A DNA stretch of 64,000 nucleotides from a virus. Taxonomy: Duplodnaviria > Caudoviricetes. Under the pieces are notes generated by a model, which saw only the letters and a list, made by a program, of their open reading frames with translations, was not told the DNA's origin and searched no databases. Positions 28,501 through 37,517 of this stretch are shown here, piece by piece. Within the stretch, counting starts at the first letter, position 1; every line of letters starts with the position of its first letter. The translations under genes were made by a program, and so were the position numbers. Where the stretch lies: positions 84,473-148,472 of the IMG/VR virus record IMGVR_UViG_3300010429_001883; one strand, 5' to 3'.

Positions 28501-30464
28501 AGCAGAAAATTATGGATGTGGCAAGAGCAGAAGAATCTTTACAGTTAAGTTTAGAAAAAGGAGACGCGGCGGGAGTTAGGTCGTCTCTTGTTAAATTAAA
28601 GAAAGCACAAAGAGAATACGCCACAACTCCAGGAATTGGTTTAACTGGTAAAAGGTCTATACTTCGTGATTTGGGTCCAACAGAGGGCGGCACGAGGTTT
28701 ACAATTCATTCAAATATAACTGCCAAGCAATTCGAAAGCGTAGCCGAAGTTGGTGAAGTTGGTTTAATTGACCTTGGTTTTAATCAGGAGGAGATAGCAA
28801 AAATAAAAACTGCTGCCAAGAAGGCTGGCGGAGTAACGGATGTATCTGGTGTTTTGTATGGTACCAGATGGCCGATAACTTCTGGTGGTTTTTATAAATT
28901 GAAATTTAATCAAGATATAATGGATAAAACAATTCGTACCACAACCCTTATGGACCAGTTATCTATGATTGATAGAGATAAAGACGCTATGGATGCTGTA
29001 TTTTTTAGAGGTAAGGGATTGGCTGGTGCCGAACTAACGCAGGAACAGATTAAGACAATATTTGAAAGACAAAAGCAATTACTTAAAACTGCTGAGCCAC
29101 TGATGTTTCAGTTTAAGTCTGCGTTTGACTACACAAAGAGCGATGTAAAGGGGATGCCATCTTATTTTAATTCAGCTGGATTTGCTGACCTTTTAAAAGA
29201 CCAAGGAATAACTGATTTTAAAGACGTAAATAAATGGAAAGAAGTTGGAACAATACAAAAACAATATGATGATATGCTGTCCTCTATTACTGGCGGTAAG
29301 GCCGACAAGCAGCTAATGGAAGAATTTACACAATTTGAAACAGATTATGGCCACATGTTTTATAAAAATAAAGATAAAGCTATGAGGAGGCTAAGATCTG
29401 CCGAAGCATTTTCGCATATGAAACTTTTTGAACAAACGTTTGTTCGCAAAATAGGTGGCAAGGGGATTATTCCACAAACAACGAATATGACTAGATTAAT
29501 GGATGTTTTGGCTCAACGTGGCGGAATAACTGAAATGGGGGATAAAGCACGAACACAGATTCAACTGTTGGGTGAGGCTCTTTTCCAATTTCCAATTCAC
29601 TCTCTTAAGCACGCCGACTCGGCGTCGATGTTAAACTTTGCTCAGATGACAGATAGAGCTATGCAAGAACTTAAGAAAGGAAATGTTGATAAATATTTTG
29701 AAGAATTGGGTTCTTCCTCGTTTTTTAGAGAAAAATTAATAAAACCCGATTTATTAAAGAGAAAGGATTTGACCAAAGCCAAAGTAGATGCTATAATGAA
29801 AGACGAAGAACTATATAGGAAGGCATCTAAAGATTACTTTAATAAATATTATTCTGAATTGTCAACAGCTTTGAAAACCGCCGCCGGAGCAGGACCAGAG
29901 GAATTTAATGAAATTGTTCGTGGCGTCGAGGGCTTTTATTCTAAGACAGGGAATTTGGGGTATATGAATAAACGCATGGCAGCTATGGCTGCCCATACGC
30001 TTGTTCCAGAGGAAATTATATCAAAGGCAGGTATGGCGAAAAAAGATGTTGCTTTAGATGTAGCTAAAACAACATTAAAGAAGCATCCTGCTGTTGCTAT
30101 TAGTGTTGGAGGAGGGGTGGCCGCTTTAGCTCTTATAGGGATGTTACAGTCTCCTAGTGATACTTCTCCATTAATTTCTCCAACTGCTGCTGATAAAGAA
30201 GCCATGAGTAAGAAAAGGCCAACATCCCCAGCAGATGCTTTGGGGATGCCAAGAGAACCAAGTTTTTTAGATAATTTGAAAAGAGCCACCGGCGGTCGAT
30301 TTGCTTCCGAAGGAACAGTATCTTATGATACAAACGGCGAACAGCTTGGCAAACAAATACAGCAAAAATTAGGATCAAATGATGTTAAAGTTAACATTAT
30401 GAATCCCTATGATAGTAGAACATCTATACGGACAAGACGCAGAATAAGCGGAGAACAACAATGA
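25515..30464 (+). CDS. Putative single-chain two-barrel (DPBB) RNA polymerase-like virion protein
   Basis: 1649 aa, GTG start. Ordered motifs GAGQALGSKEF, LKPGQILGR, GKSLDLLY (beta-like), then LTGKRSILRDLG, GTRFTI, GEVGL, YGTRWP and IDRDKDAM (beta-prime-like). Hydrophobic helices near both termini. Confidence 0.6.
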   Translation: MPDSNEKLRVNDSRSISSFLGIAGVGAAVFAGGWHLLNNAGLREAMSGGVKGVTNVDMRAAAAKGILRQRQEDFIRPGFEAAFEANQKKFAEFGSKETLHRVNKALDTALNPKSSRIDYILKRNKQKLDKAREDLARATTPRDKERLLQRVAGKERIEKHFMSKAKQLVVDANDSLNKTLKPYLAGTDLGSLKNTKETFLAVYKSLAKTNPSEAAKLYNTVSMMSEMAASGKTISANSRIGSKFKKRGLTAVSKSRRLGFLEAGGYLEGLSKKQVKALSSSAGFRVYSRQTAGGEMAFVSFGTSNRIWSLGEAGSKSISSVYEHVGSGGGILSGMLVKKAGGQFEEVKGSTYVLSKIAETAEMAGKAISKEDEEILSALYAHRTSNTAALWQAHGTNSPLRGFATNRALVEEMVLDRGFMHNTEAVSELSSKLANQGYVPAAGGSAIETVYKMFGFDEKGQKIATGLGAETYKFNVWDEASGWLPKEMKMADWLMQHHGKFKDQFELYRAHMKMDYLVSSAEEGDKFFQPLSKTQAKLRVNAGVLSNKQFQDFRELSALAQELKGNVKSFKETDILDALTGGKVSQKLLKNLGISEGSVIDRTKAAAIAKQFAKMGQVGVEDLHYIANIGAGQALGSKEFMQRINSIEFASVFDVDDFSSDIVEKINRAKPGETIEIKNLKPGQILGRKDNRSIRLAKDGTRKYRAEIMKTEKGYKVIAYGQHAHREYMSKTARSFTGAGENLDRRLVVMGDLRGGLSHAKELMSTIGGKKYQDTMEAVTALLSGGKSLDLLYGEDILSNAPSYVKTMAVKSMEQTKKTGKYVPLMIQSYFSLWAAGAAHIGSKAKGDILHAQMMRNMGLDFMIPKYFAKMTSLNKEGLQLALKMTEAYQTGTDAVGDLIKTQVSNVNELREVLGKGIASEEYAGGFKYKSRKGLIDEVRKMYGDTDPKISKLLDSIKDQEYYYMPGARSGLQEKIAAAAKEGAASQRPLYSTKLEQKIMDVARAEESLQLSLEKGDAAGVRSSLVKLKKAQREYATTPGIGLTGKRSILRDLGPTEGGTRFTIHSNITAKQFESVAEVGEVGLIDLGFNQEEIAKIKTAAKKAGGVTDVSGVLYGTRWPITSGGFYKLKFNQDIMDKTIRTTTLMDQLSMIDRDKDAMDAVFFRGKGLAGAELTQEQIKTIFERQKQLLKTAEPLMFQFKSAFDYTKSDVKGMPSYFNSAGFADLLKDQGITDFKDVNKWKEVGTIQKQYDDMLSSITGGKADKQLMEEFTQFETDYGHMFYKNKDKAMRRLRSAEAFSHMKLFEQTFVRKIGGKGIIPQTTNMTRLMDVLAQRGGITEMGDKARTQIQLLGEALFQFPIHSLKHADSASMLNFAQMTDRAMQELKKGNVDKYFEELGSSSFFREKLIKPDLLKRKDLTKAKVDAIMKDEELYRKASKDYFNKYYSELSTALKTAAGAGPEEFNEIVRGVEGFYSKTGNLGYMNKRMAAMAAHTLVPEEIISKAGMAKKDVALDVAKTTLKKHPAVAISVGGGVAALALIGMLQSPSDTSPLISPTAADKEAMSKKRPTSPADALGMPREPSFLDNLKRATGGRFASEGTVSYDTNGEQLGKQIQQKLGSNDVKVNIMNPYDSRTSIRTRRRISGEQQ

Positions 30465-33400
30465 AGGATAATGACGTATTAGCATTTAAATCTTTAGACC
30501 ATCCAGCTCAGTCGGAGTTTACAATTGGTTACATTAAATTAGAAGTACCTCCCTCTGATATACATGTCACTAAAAGTACCAATTCTATGTTTTTGGGGGC
30601 TTTAAGAAGTCCTGCTGATACGCCATTTAAAACCGGATATTCAAATTGGGATATAACAGTTCGTATGCAGTTTTATGGTGAAGAAGAAATTGCTTCCAAG
30701 CTTCTTCCAATTGTTGGGATGTGTAAAGTTGCTCCCATTGTAAATGTAAATAATTTGACAATAAAAGAGCAGCTTTTTGGGCATTTGGCAGGAACTTTAG
30801 GTGCTTCTACTGCTGTGGATGATTTAGACTTTTTAGGAACTCTTAATTACTATTATTCAAAAGATAACACTATTTCTGTTATTATTGAAGGAATGTCAAT
30901 AAATGTTATGTCTCAATATGGCGGGCTGTGTCTAGATGTTAATTTATATTTGAAATATTATAATCACCATGCAGTCAGTCCTTATTTTAGAATTAATGAA
31001 GAAAAACTCAAGGGAAGAGTTGACAGATGGATACAACAAGCTAAATTAAATTATGATACGCACGTTAATGCTATAAAAAATTTTAAAGTTAATTTAAATT
31101 CTGATAATGAATTTATGGTGGTTGGTAGATATTTTCATGCTATCTCTACTGGTGGTGTATCCTTTGGAACTCTTATAGAGCTTTTAAAATCAATGGCTGT
31201 GCCAGAAAAAGATAGAGCAGATGCAATTAATGATATATTAGAGAAAGATAAATATAAGAGAGATCTCTATAATAAAAAAATGGAAGAGCTGGAAAAAACG
31301 TTACAAGAAGCACAAGCTAAGGAACGTGCCAGCCAACAAACTAAACCTGATCCCCAAAAAGAGGGAGCAAGCAGTAAAATAAAATTAGGGTGGCCTTTAA
31401 AACAACATACAATTGTACATGATTGGGGAGAATCTGGACATACGATTACCAGATCTAATCCAACAGGAGTCCATGAGGGAGTTGATTTGAGGGCTGCACA
31501 AAGAACACCGGTATTCGCAGCTGAATCAGGAAAGGTTGTAACGGCTTCTGAAGATACTCAGTATAGTGGTGGTTTAGTTGTTATATCTCATGAAGGTGGA
31601 ATTACAACACACTATGCACACTTAAGTCAAGTGTGGGTCAGAGTTGGTATGAAGGTGGAAAAGGGACAGCAAATAGGAGAATCTGGGGGTACGCCAGGAA
31701 CAAAGGGCGCGGGTTCTTCGAGTGGACCGCACCTACATTTTGCTGTTAAGGAAAAAGGCAAGCCAGTTGACCCAAAATTATATTTAGATTTAAATGATAA
31801 TTATAAAAACATTCGTCCAATAGCAGCCGGAGCACAGACGCCTGAAATAAATATTGGTAAAACGCCGTATCAAGAAATAAGAGATTCAGAGCAGCTAAGG
31901 GCAGCAGCCGAAGATATAAAAAATAAGTTAGAAGACGGATGGACAGTTGATATAATGAAAACGGACGAAAACTACATAGTCTTTTTTAAAGAATTTGGTA
32001 TTCCGTTTTTTAAAGATTTCAATATTTCTAGTTATATGGATTATGATATACAGGGGTTTAAACTTGTTGATACAAGAGCAAGAATAATTCTTAACAGTAT
32101 AGGCATATCATTAAAAAATAAATTTGTTCCTATTCCTATTGCCGGGTACCCAATGCCGTTTTATCAGCATTTGGGCGGATGTAATGTTTCTGTTGGTGTG
32201 GGGGGCTTGGCACTAGTTGATGAGAAGACTGGAACATGTACTCCGCTATCTAATTTACAGGCCTTATATAACTTGAAAGAAGTTCAATTCTTAGCTTTGC
32301 GTGGTAAAATTGATTACACGCCTGGTTCTAATTATGATATACAAGGAGTAAGAATACTTAATAAACCGCTGGGTCTTCTTGGTCTTGTTAATTTTGTTAT
32401 CTCTGATTTGGCTGTTGGTACAGTACCTGACACGCCGAACGCTATGAATGTTAATTTAAACATGTTTGAGAACTATGTCTATGATAATACAATTTATAAT
32501 GATTCAGGTAATATTAGTATTTTTCAGGACTATATTTTACCAGATTTAATAGTTGATGAACTTAAAAAATTAGGCCCAATAGAGGCAAAGAACCTTGGGC
32601 CGGAAACATTTAAGCTATACTTACAAATACAAGTTTGGGACAAGTTTGAAAGAGATAATCCCAACTATATGAAGAATATAAATAACGATGCCAAATTGGT
32701 TGAAGCCACTAAGAAAACTATAGAAGGTTGGGCCAACGTAGAAAAACTAAACAGCCTTTTGCCTGCTGGTGGTTTAGAGGATTATCAGAAATTAATGGGT
32801 GGGAGTTTTTTACACGGATCGATTGTCCAGACGCTTGTGTGGATGACTTCTATGGGCGTTCCAGGTACAGGGACTGTCGCAGCAGGACCAATTCCATCTT
32901 TACCGTTGCTTTTTGCTAAGCCAGTTACAGAAATAATTGATGTATACTTTATGCCATCTATTAAGCAAGCAAGCTGGATGGAGCATGCACAAACAAGGCG
33001 AGAGTATATTCAAGATTTTTACACAAAAAATTGTGATAAAGATCCATTTTTGATCTGGATAAGGGATAAAATCAATCGTGGCGAGTATACGCACGAACTC
33101 AAGAATAGATTTAATTTTGATATGGATGCATTGACAAGGACGTGTTATCCAGATCTTTTATTACAGAGGGGAGAAGACCCTGGTGCATATATAGATTCTG
33201 GGCTAGAACCAGACCCAGAACAGATGAGTCAATTATGTGCAGAATCGGTTGTCGTTTCTAACGCCGCCATTCAAAATATAAAAGAACATTATTCTGGTTT
33301 ACTTCGGTATAAAACAGTAGAATTAAGTTATGCGGAGGGGGCAGAAGACAAGGGTCAGGGTGTTTTAAATAAACCAGAGACAGAGCCTTTGAAGCATTCT

Positions 33401-36373
33401 AGTTCAGACGGCCCATATGAAACCAATGCCTCATCCTATATTAATTTAATGACGGCTGTTGATACAAACGGCGGTACTCATCTAGTTGTTGATCAATTTA
33501 CATACGATACAAGTTTTCCTACTTTTAAGATATATTTAATAGAAGACGTAGCTGCTGACGATTCTTCGGAGTTTCTGGGGTTAAAACAAGTAGAGTGGGA
33601 TAAGTTTTACAGTTACTCCGCTGTTACTGAAATTGAGGTAGCTAGGTTTAAGCATGATGTAGATGTTGCAGTTATTAAATTCTTAAATACGTTTGGTAAT
33701 TTAACAACAAAAATTTATGGAGCAGATGTTTATTTAACGCAAGAATTTAGTAGAGACGTTATTGAAAAAGATTTTGAAAATAGATACAGACTGCAACGAA
33801 TGGATAATGGAACACTTGTCCAAATGGATAGGTTTACAAACGAATTGATGCCTATAACTAAAATGTTTTTACAGGCAGGAACAAAAATACTTATTAAACT
33901 AGGATACCATAATTTAGAACATAAATTGCCAACAGTATTTACAGGGCTGGTTACAGAGGTGCAGCCAGGGGAAATAGTTACTGTTGTATGCCAGGGATTT
34001 TTAAGTGAACTTTTGGCTCCATTAGATGGTAGGTTTCCCTCTAGCTTTGGTGGGAAAATTAGACAGTTGCTTGGTTTGGACGCTACAAGTTCCGGGTTAA
34101 TGGAAGATGCGTCCACCTATTTAGCGCACAATGCGGAGCTTATGACTTATTATGGTCAAAAAATATATGAAGATCCGACATACGCTGCCAGGCTATTTAA
34201 TGTAGTTAATCATTATAATTCACTTACGTCACTTTATGATAGATTTATGGGAAAATCGCAGCCAACCGCTTCTGGTAAAATGGGGGGACAGGGCATTGAT
34301 CCAAGACTTAGAAAAATACATAGAGCTGTCCACCTAAACAACGCCTGTACGGCAGTTATAGTACAGAAATTGTTGGAACATCCTGCAGCTATACACTTTG
34401 GTGGGTGGTACCTAACTAATTCTGGAATGGATGGGTCAGCTACAATGTTTGGTGGATTTTTTGATGTGTGGATAGGACAGAGCAATAGATCAATAGAAAA
34501 CATTGATCCTGTTTTATTAAGTGCGTGGCAGAAGGACAATAACTTATTAGCGATTTATCCGACTTTTCCTACTTTTTATGTTAATGATAAGAATATGTCC
34601 ACAGTTTGGGAAACAATAAGAGAACTTGGATATAGACATCCAACACATATTACGACAGTACGTCCATATGGTACCAATGCTTCTCTTATAATGAAAGAAA
34701 GGACCGATACATACAAAACATCTGGTTTAAGTTTTTATGGAAACACTAGAACTGAAATTGTTCAAACTAATATTTTTGCTAAGTTTTTGAACGAAGAATA
34801 CAATATAAAAACTTTTACTGATGACATGTTTAAAATTTATCATGGTGCCACATTTGATAATTTCAATAATTATGTTGCAATAACAGCGGAAACAAAGAAA
34901 GCCATACAAGACTATATTTTGTACTATGGCAAGCCCACTAAGCAACAAATTTATTATGTTTCCGCAGATAAAGTAATGGCAAAAAATGAAATATATTTTG
35001 AAGAGTCTTTGCCTGCTGGTACCGTTTTTGTGAAACCATCGGATATTTGGACGGTGGCTTTACAAATGGGGAAGTTAGAATTTTTTAAGCTTTTTTTGCC
35101 TGCCGATATGTATCTTGTTTTGGCTGATAAATTTACTAATTTTAAAGCTAAACAAGCAAAAATAGATCCAGTACTTGGGCCACAGCTTTCAGTTGAAAGA
35201 GAAGTAGAACCAGTAACAATGCCACACTATGTTAGCGATAAAGTTAATATGGTTTTTAATAATATAAGAACTAATGAAAACATATTTAATGCTGTTCTTA
35301 TAAAGAAAGATGTAGAAGACATAGCATTAGAAAGTATGATTGCCTTAGATGACAATATTTTAGATTCTCATAAAAAGGTGTTTAATTATACAAGTAAAAA
35401 CATACAAGCAAATGCTGAAGACATGGATGCTAGAAAATTTAATGATTTGCAGGCACTATATGGATTTTCTATTTTAATGGAAAAACTTGCACAAATGTAT
35501 AAAGGCGAGTTAGCTATGGTAGGTAATCCAAACATACGTCCATTTGATACCATAGTTTTGGATGATGCTCAATCGCAACTTTATGGGTCTTTCGAAGTAG
35601 CCTCTGTGATCCACAGGTTTACACAAGATGAAGGTTTCGTAACTTTTGTTGAGCCACACCTCATATCAAATGTTTCCAATTATGCCCTGGCGGCTGCACA
35701 GGGTAGAATAGAGGATATGGTAAGAGAGGGTAATAAACAATCTAGATTTTTACGATCAAGAGAAGAAAGAAATATATATTCCTCTAGTGAGACGGCTAGA
35801 GAATTTATGAAAACAAACCCCAACGCTAGTGGTGATTTTATAACATCAACAGGCAGCAATGCATCTCAGTTGCTGTTAAAATATTTTGCTGCAGGAACTA
35901 CGGGTGGTTTGTCTGGTCTAATAGCAAGCACAGAAATGGGTAGAAGTTTTTTTGATGATGAGGGGGCTAAGGGGGCTGAGATAGGTGCTTATATTGGCAT
36001 GTATCAGGCTGCAGATGCCTATGTACTAGGAGATTGGATTAGCGCCGCATCGAAAGCAAGAAGTCTGCCTATGTTCATGTTTAGTAGATTTTTTCCTAGC
36101 TGGGCATCAACGTTATCTAACTACATGTATCATGCCGGGCCATATAGACAGCCTATTGTTATCAAGCCGTTAACATTAAGATCTGTTCCATTTATAGCTG
36201 GAATAAAGGGGGCTGTATTTAATAGTTGGTTCGATAGCGCAACTATGGGGCTTTCAAGAGCAATAAAAGCGTTACCGGAAGAATTTGTGGCGTTAAATAA
36301 AGGACTTCGTAGTATGATTAGGGCATACAACCATACAATTGGATCTAAATTTAAGTTCTTGAGGTTTAATTAA
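30461..36373 (+). CDS. Large baseplate hub protein with an internal M23 (LytM) peptidoglycan endopeptidase
   Basis: 1970 aa. M23 at about 31388-31786: HEGVD (HxxxD), THYAHL, GPHLHF (HxH), VDP. Hub-like motifs IKLGY...LPTVFTGLVTEV and YKGELAMVGNPNIRPFD...FEVASVIHRF..DEGFVT. Confidence 0.8.
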   Translation: MKDNDVLAFKSLDHPAQSEFTIGYIKLEVPPSDIHVTKSTNSMFLGALRSPADTPFKTGYSNWDITVRMQFYGEEEIASKLLPIVGMCKVAPIVNVNNLTIKEQLFGHLAGTLGASTAVDDLDFLGTLNYYYSKDNTISVIIEGMSINVMSQYGGLCLDVNLYLKYYNHHAVSPYFRINEEKLKGRVDRWIQQAKLNYDTHVNAIKNFKVNLNSDNEFMVVGRYFHAISTGGVSFGTLIELLKSMAVPEKDRADAINDILEKDKYKRDLYNKKMEELEKTLQEAQAKERASQQTKPDPQKEGASSKIKLGWPLKQHTIVHDWGESGHTITRSNPTGVHEGVDLRAAQRTPVFAAESGKVVTASEDTQYSGGLVVISHEGGITTHYAHLSQVWVRVGMKVEKGQQIGESGGTPGTKGAGSSSGPHLHFAVKEKGKPVDPKLYLDLNDNYKNIRPIAAGAQTPEINIGKTPYQEIRDSEQLRAAAEDIKNKLEDGWTVDIMKTDENYIVFFKEFGIPFFKDFNISSYMDYDIQGFKLVDTRARIILNSIGISLKNKFVPIPIAGYPMPFYQHLGGCNVSVGVGGLALVDEKTGTCTPLSNLQALYNLKEVQFLALRGKIDYTPGSNYDIQGVRILNKPLGLLGLVNFVISDLAVGTVPDTPNAMNVNLNMFENYVYDNTIYNDSGNISIFQDYILPDLIVDELKKLGPIEAKNLGPETFKLYLQIQVWDKFERDNPNYMKNINNDAKLVEATKKTIEGWANVEKLNSLLPAGGLEDYQKLMGGSFLHGSIVQTLVWMTSMGVPGTGTVAAGPIPSLPLLFAKPVTEIIDVYFMPSIKQASWMEHAQTRREYIQDFYTKNCDKDPFLIWIRDKINRGEYTHELKNRFNFDMDALTRTCYPDLLLQRGEDPGAYIDSGLEPDPEQMSQLCAESVVVSNAAIQNIKEHYSGLLRYKTVELSYAEGAEDKGQGVLNKPETEPLKHSSSDGPYETNASSYINLMTAVDTNGGTHLVVDQFTYDTSFPTFKIYLIEDVAADDSSEFLGLKQVEWDKFYSYSAVTEIEVARFKHDVDVAVIKFLNTFGNLTTKIYGADVYLTQEFSRDVIEKDFENRYRLQRMDNGTLVQMDRFTNELMPITKMFLQAGTKILIKLGYHNLEHKLPTVFTGLVTEVQPGEIVTVVCQGFLSELLAPLDGRFPSSFGGKIRQLLGLDATSSGLMEDASTYLAHNAELMTYYGQKIYEDPTYAARLFNVVNHYNSLTSLYDRFMGKSQPTASGKMGGQGIDPRLRKIHRAVHLNNACTAVIVQKLLEHPAAIHFGGWYLTNSGMDGSATMFGGFFDVWIGQSNRSIENIDPVLLSAWQKDNNLLAIYPTFPTFYVNDKNMSTVWETIRELGYRHPTHITTVRPYGTNASLIMKERTDTYKTSGLSFYGNTRTEIVQTNIFAKFLNEEYNIKTFTDDMFKIYHGATFDNFNNYVAITAETKKAIQDYILYYGKPTKQQIYYVSADKVMAKNEIYFEESLPAGTVFVKPSDIWTVALQMGKLEFFKLFLPADMYLVLADKFTNFKAKQAKIDPVLGPQLSVEREVEPVTMPHYVSDKVNMVFNNIRTNENIFNAVLIKKDVEDIALESMIALDDNILDSHKKVFNYTSKNIQANAEDMDARKFNDLQALYGFSILMEKLAQMYKGELAMVGNPNIRPFDTIVLDDAQSQLYGSFEVASVIHRFTQDEGFVTFVEPHLISNVSNYALAAAQGRIEDMVREGNKQSRFLRSREERNIYSSSETAREFMKTNPNASGDFITSTGSNASQLLLKYFAAGTTGGLSGLIASTEMGRSFFDDEGAKGAEIGAYIGMYQAADAYVLGDWISAASKARSLPMFMFSRFFPSWASTLSNYMYHAGPYRQPIVIKPLTLRSVPFIAGIKGAVFNSWFDSATMGLSRAIKALPEEFVALNKGLRSMIRAYNHTIGSKFKFLRFN

Positions 36374-37086
36374 TGAGTAAGCGTATAGTGAGGGGTATTT
36401 TATCTCCATGTAAGGTCAATATTGGCGGAAAAGAATATATCTGCCCAAAATCTAAAGGCTGGTGGCAAGATGAGTGGGTTTTGCTTAATAATAATAAAAC
36501 TAGAGCTGTTAAAGCCGCTTGCCCTAAATGTACACTTTTGCATCACGCAGAGAAAATATGGGAGAACAAAATTCAAGAAAAATACCCGAAAGATTGGGTA
36601 TATGGCGTAACGCAACCAACAGAAAATCCAATTTTACATATTCCAAAAAAGTATAATGATTATGATGCAGATGGATATGATTACTATGGGTATATGGCTA
36701 GTTATGAAGATAATGCCGGAAAATTAGATCTAAGATTTAGATTAATGGATACTGTAAAAGATTTTGAAGAAGCATGTGAGTGGATAACATGTCGCGGTCC
36801 GTTTAGAATACCTAAATCTATTGGAGAATTAGATTCGACTGGCCATTACCAACCACTAGAAAGCGTATATGCTTTAGTAGATGCTTCTCCTATTAGGCAT
36901 CTTTCCGGATTTAAAGACTATATGTTAGAAGTTCAGGGTACGCTACTAAAGGATGATGACATTGAAAATAAAACGCAACCGAGAGCAGACTCTGTTGAAG
37001 ATAGAAAGGATACTGTTTGTGTTGCCATGTTAACGTATTCTGGTGCTTCTGGTAAAGATAATGGTGGCAATGGTGCTTTTTCTTAA
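36373..37086 (+). CDS. Hypothetical baseplate-region protein with Cys motifs
   Basis: 237 aa; PCK...ICPK...CPKC. Confidence 0.5.
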   Translation: MSKRIVRGILSPCKVNIGGKEYICPKSKGWWQDEWVLLNNNKTRAVKAACPKCTLLHHAEKIWENKIQEKYPKDWVYGVTQPTENPILHIPKKYNDYDADGYDYYGYMASYEDNAGKLDLRFRLMDTVKDFEEACEWITCRGPFRIPKSIGELDSTGHYQPLESVYALVDASPIRHLSGFKDYMLEVQGTLLKDDDIENKTQPRADSVEDRKDTVCVAMLTYSGASGKDNGGNGAFS

Positions 37087-37099
37087 TGTTTTAATGAAC

Positions 37100-37106
37100 A
37101 TACTAT
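37100..37106 (+). promoter_or_regulatory. Candidate late-promoter element ATACTAT
   Basis: In the 45-nt gap before 37132, upstream of GGAGG. Confidence 0.45.
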
Positions 37107-37131
37107 TACTTAAGTAAGGTGGAGGTTTATA

Positions 37132-37506
37132 ATGAGTTCAGTACGTGGCCATCATAAAATGCAAGACCCTGCTATACCGAAATTTATGTATAGTGGCAAT
37201 ACGTATGAAAATCAAGCATTTATATTTTTAGATCCTAACTATGTGGCTATTGCTGCCAACATGGAAGATAGCTATGATGTTGGGCTGGTATTGCATAAGC
37301 ACCTGGGGACGATTGTTCAGGGACCGTTTGCGATGAATGCGGCACTAAATCAAATTCGTGTGGGCCCAAAATCCTGTTTTAATCCACTGCTTGAGTCGTA
37401 TGTTCCATCCACACTTTATACGCCAATTCCAGTTCTTTGGCCGAAAACACCATTTTCTATTGATACTTCGGGTATTACTTCGGCCATCAACTCTAGCATG
37501 ACTTAA
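37132..37506 (+). CDS. Hypothetical baseplate-region protein
   Basis: 124 aa with a strong RBS; between hub and wedge genes. Confidence 0.5.
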   Translation: MSSVRGHHKMQDPAIPKFMYSGNTYENQAFIFLDPNYVAIAANMEDSYDVGLVLHKHLGTIVQGPFAMNAALNQIRVGPKSCFNPLLESYVPSTLYTPIPVLWPKTPFSIDTSGITSAINSSMT

Positions 37507-37517
37507 TAGGAGAATAT

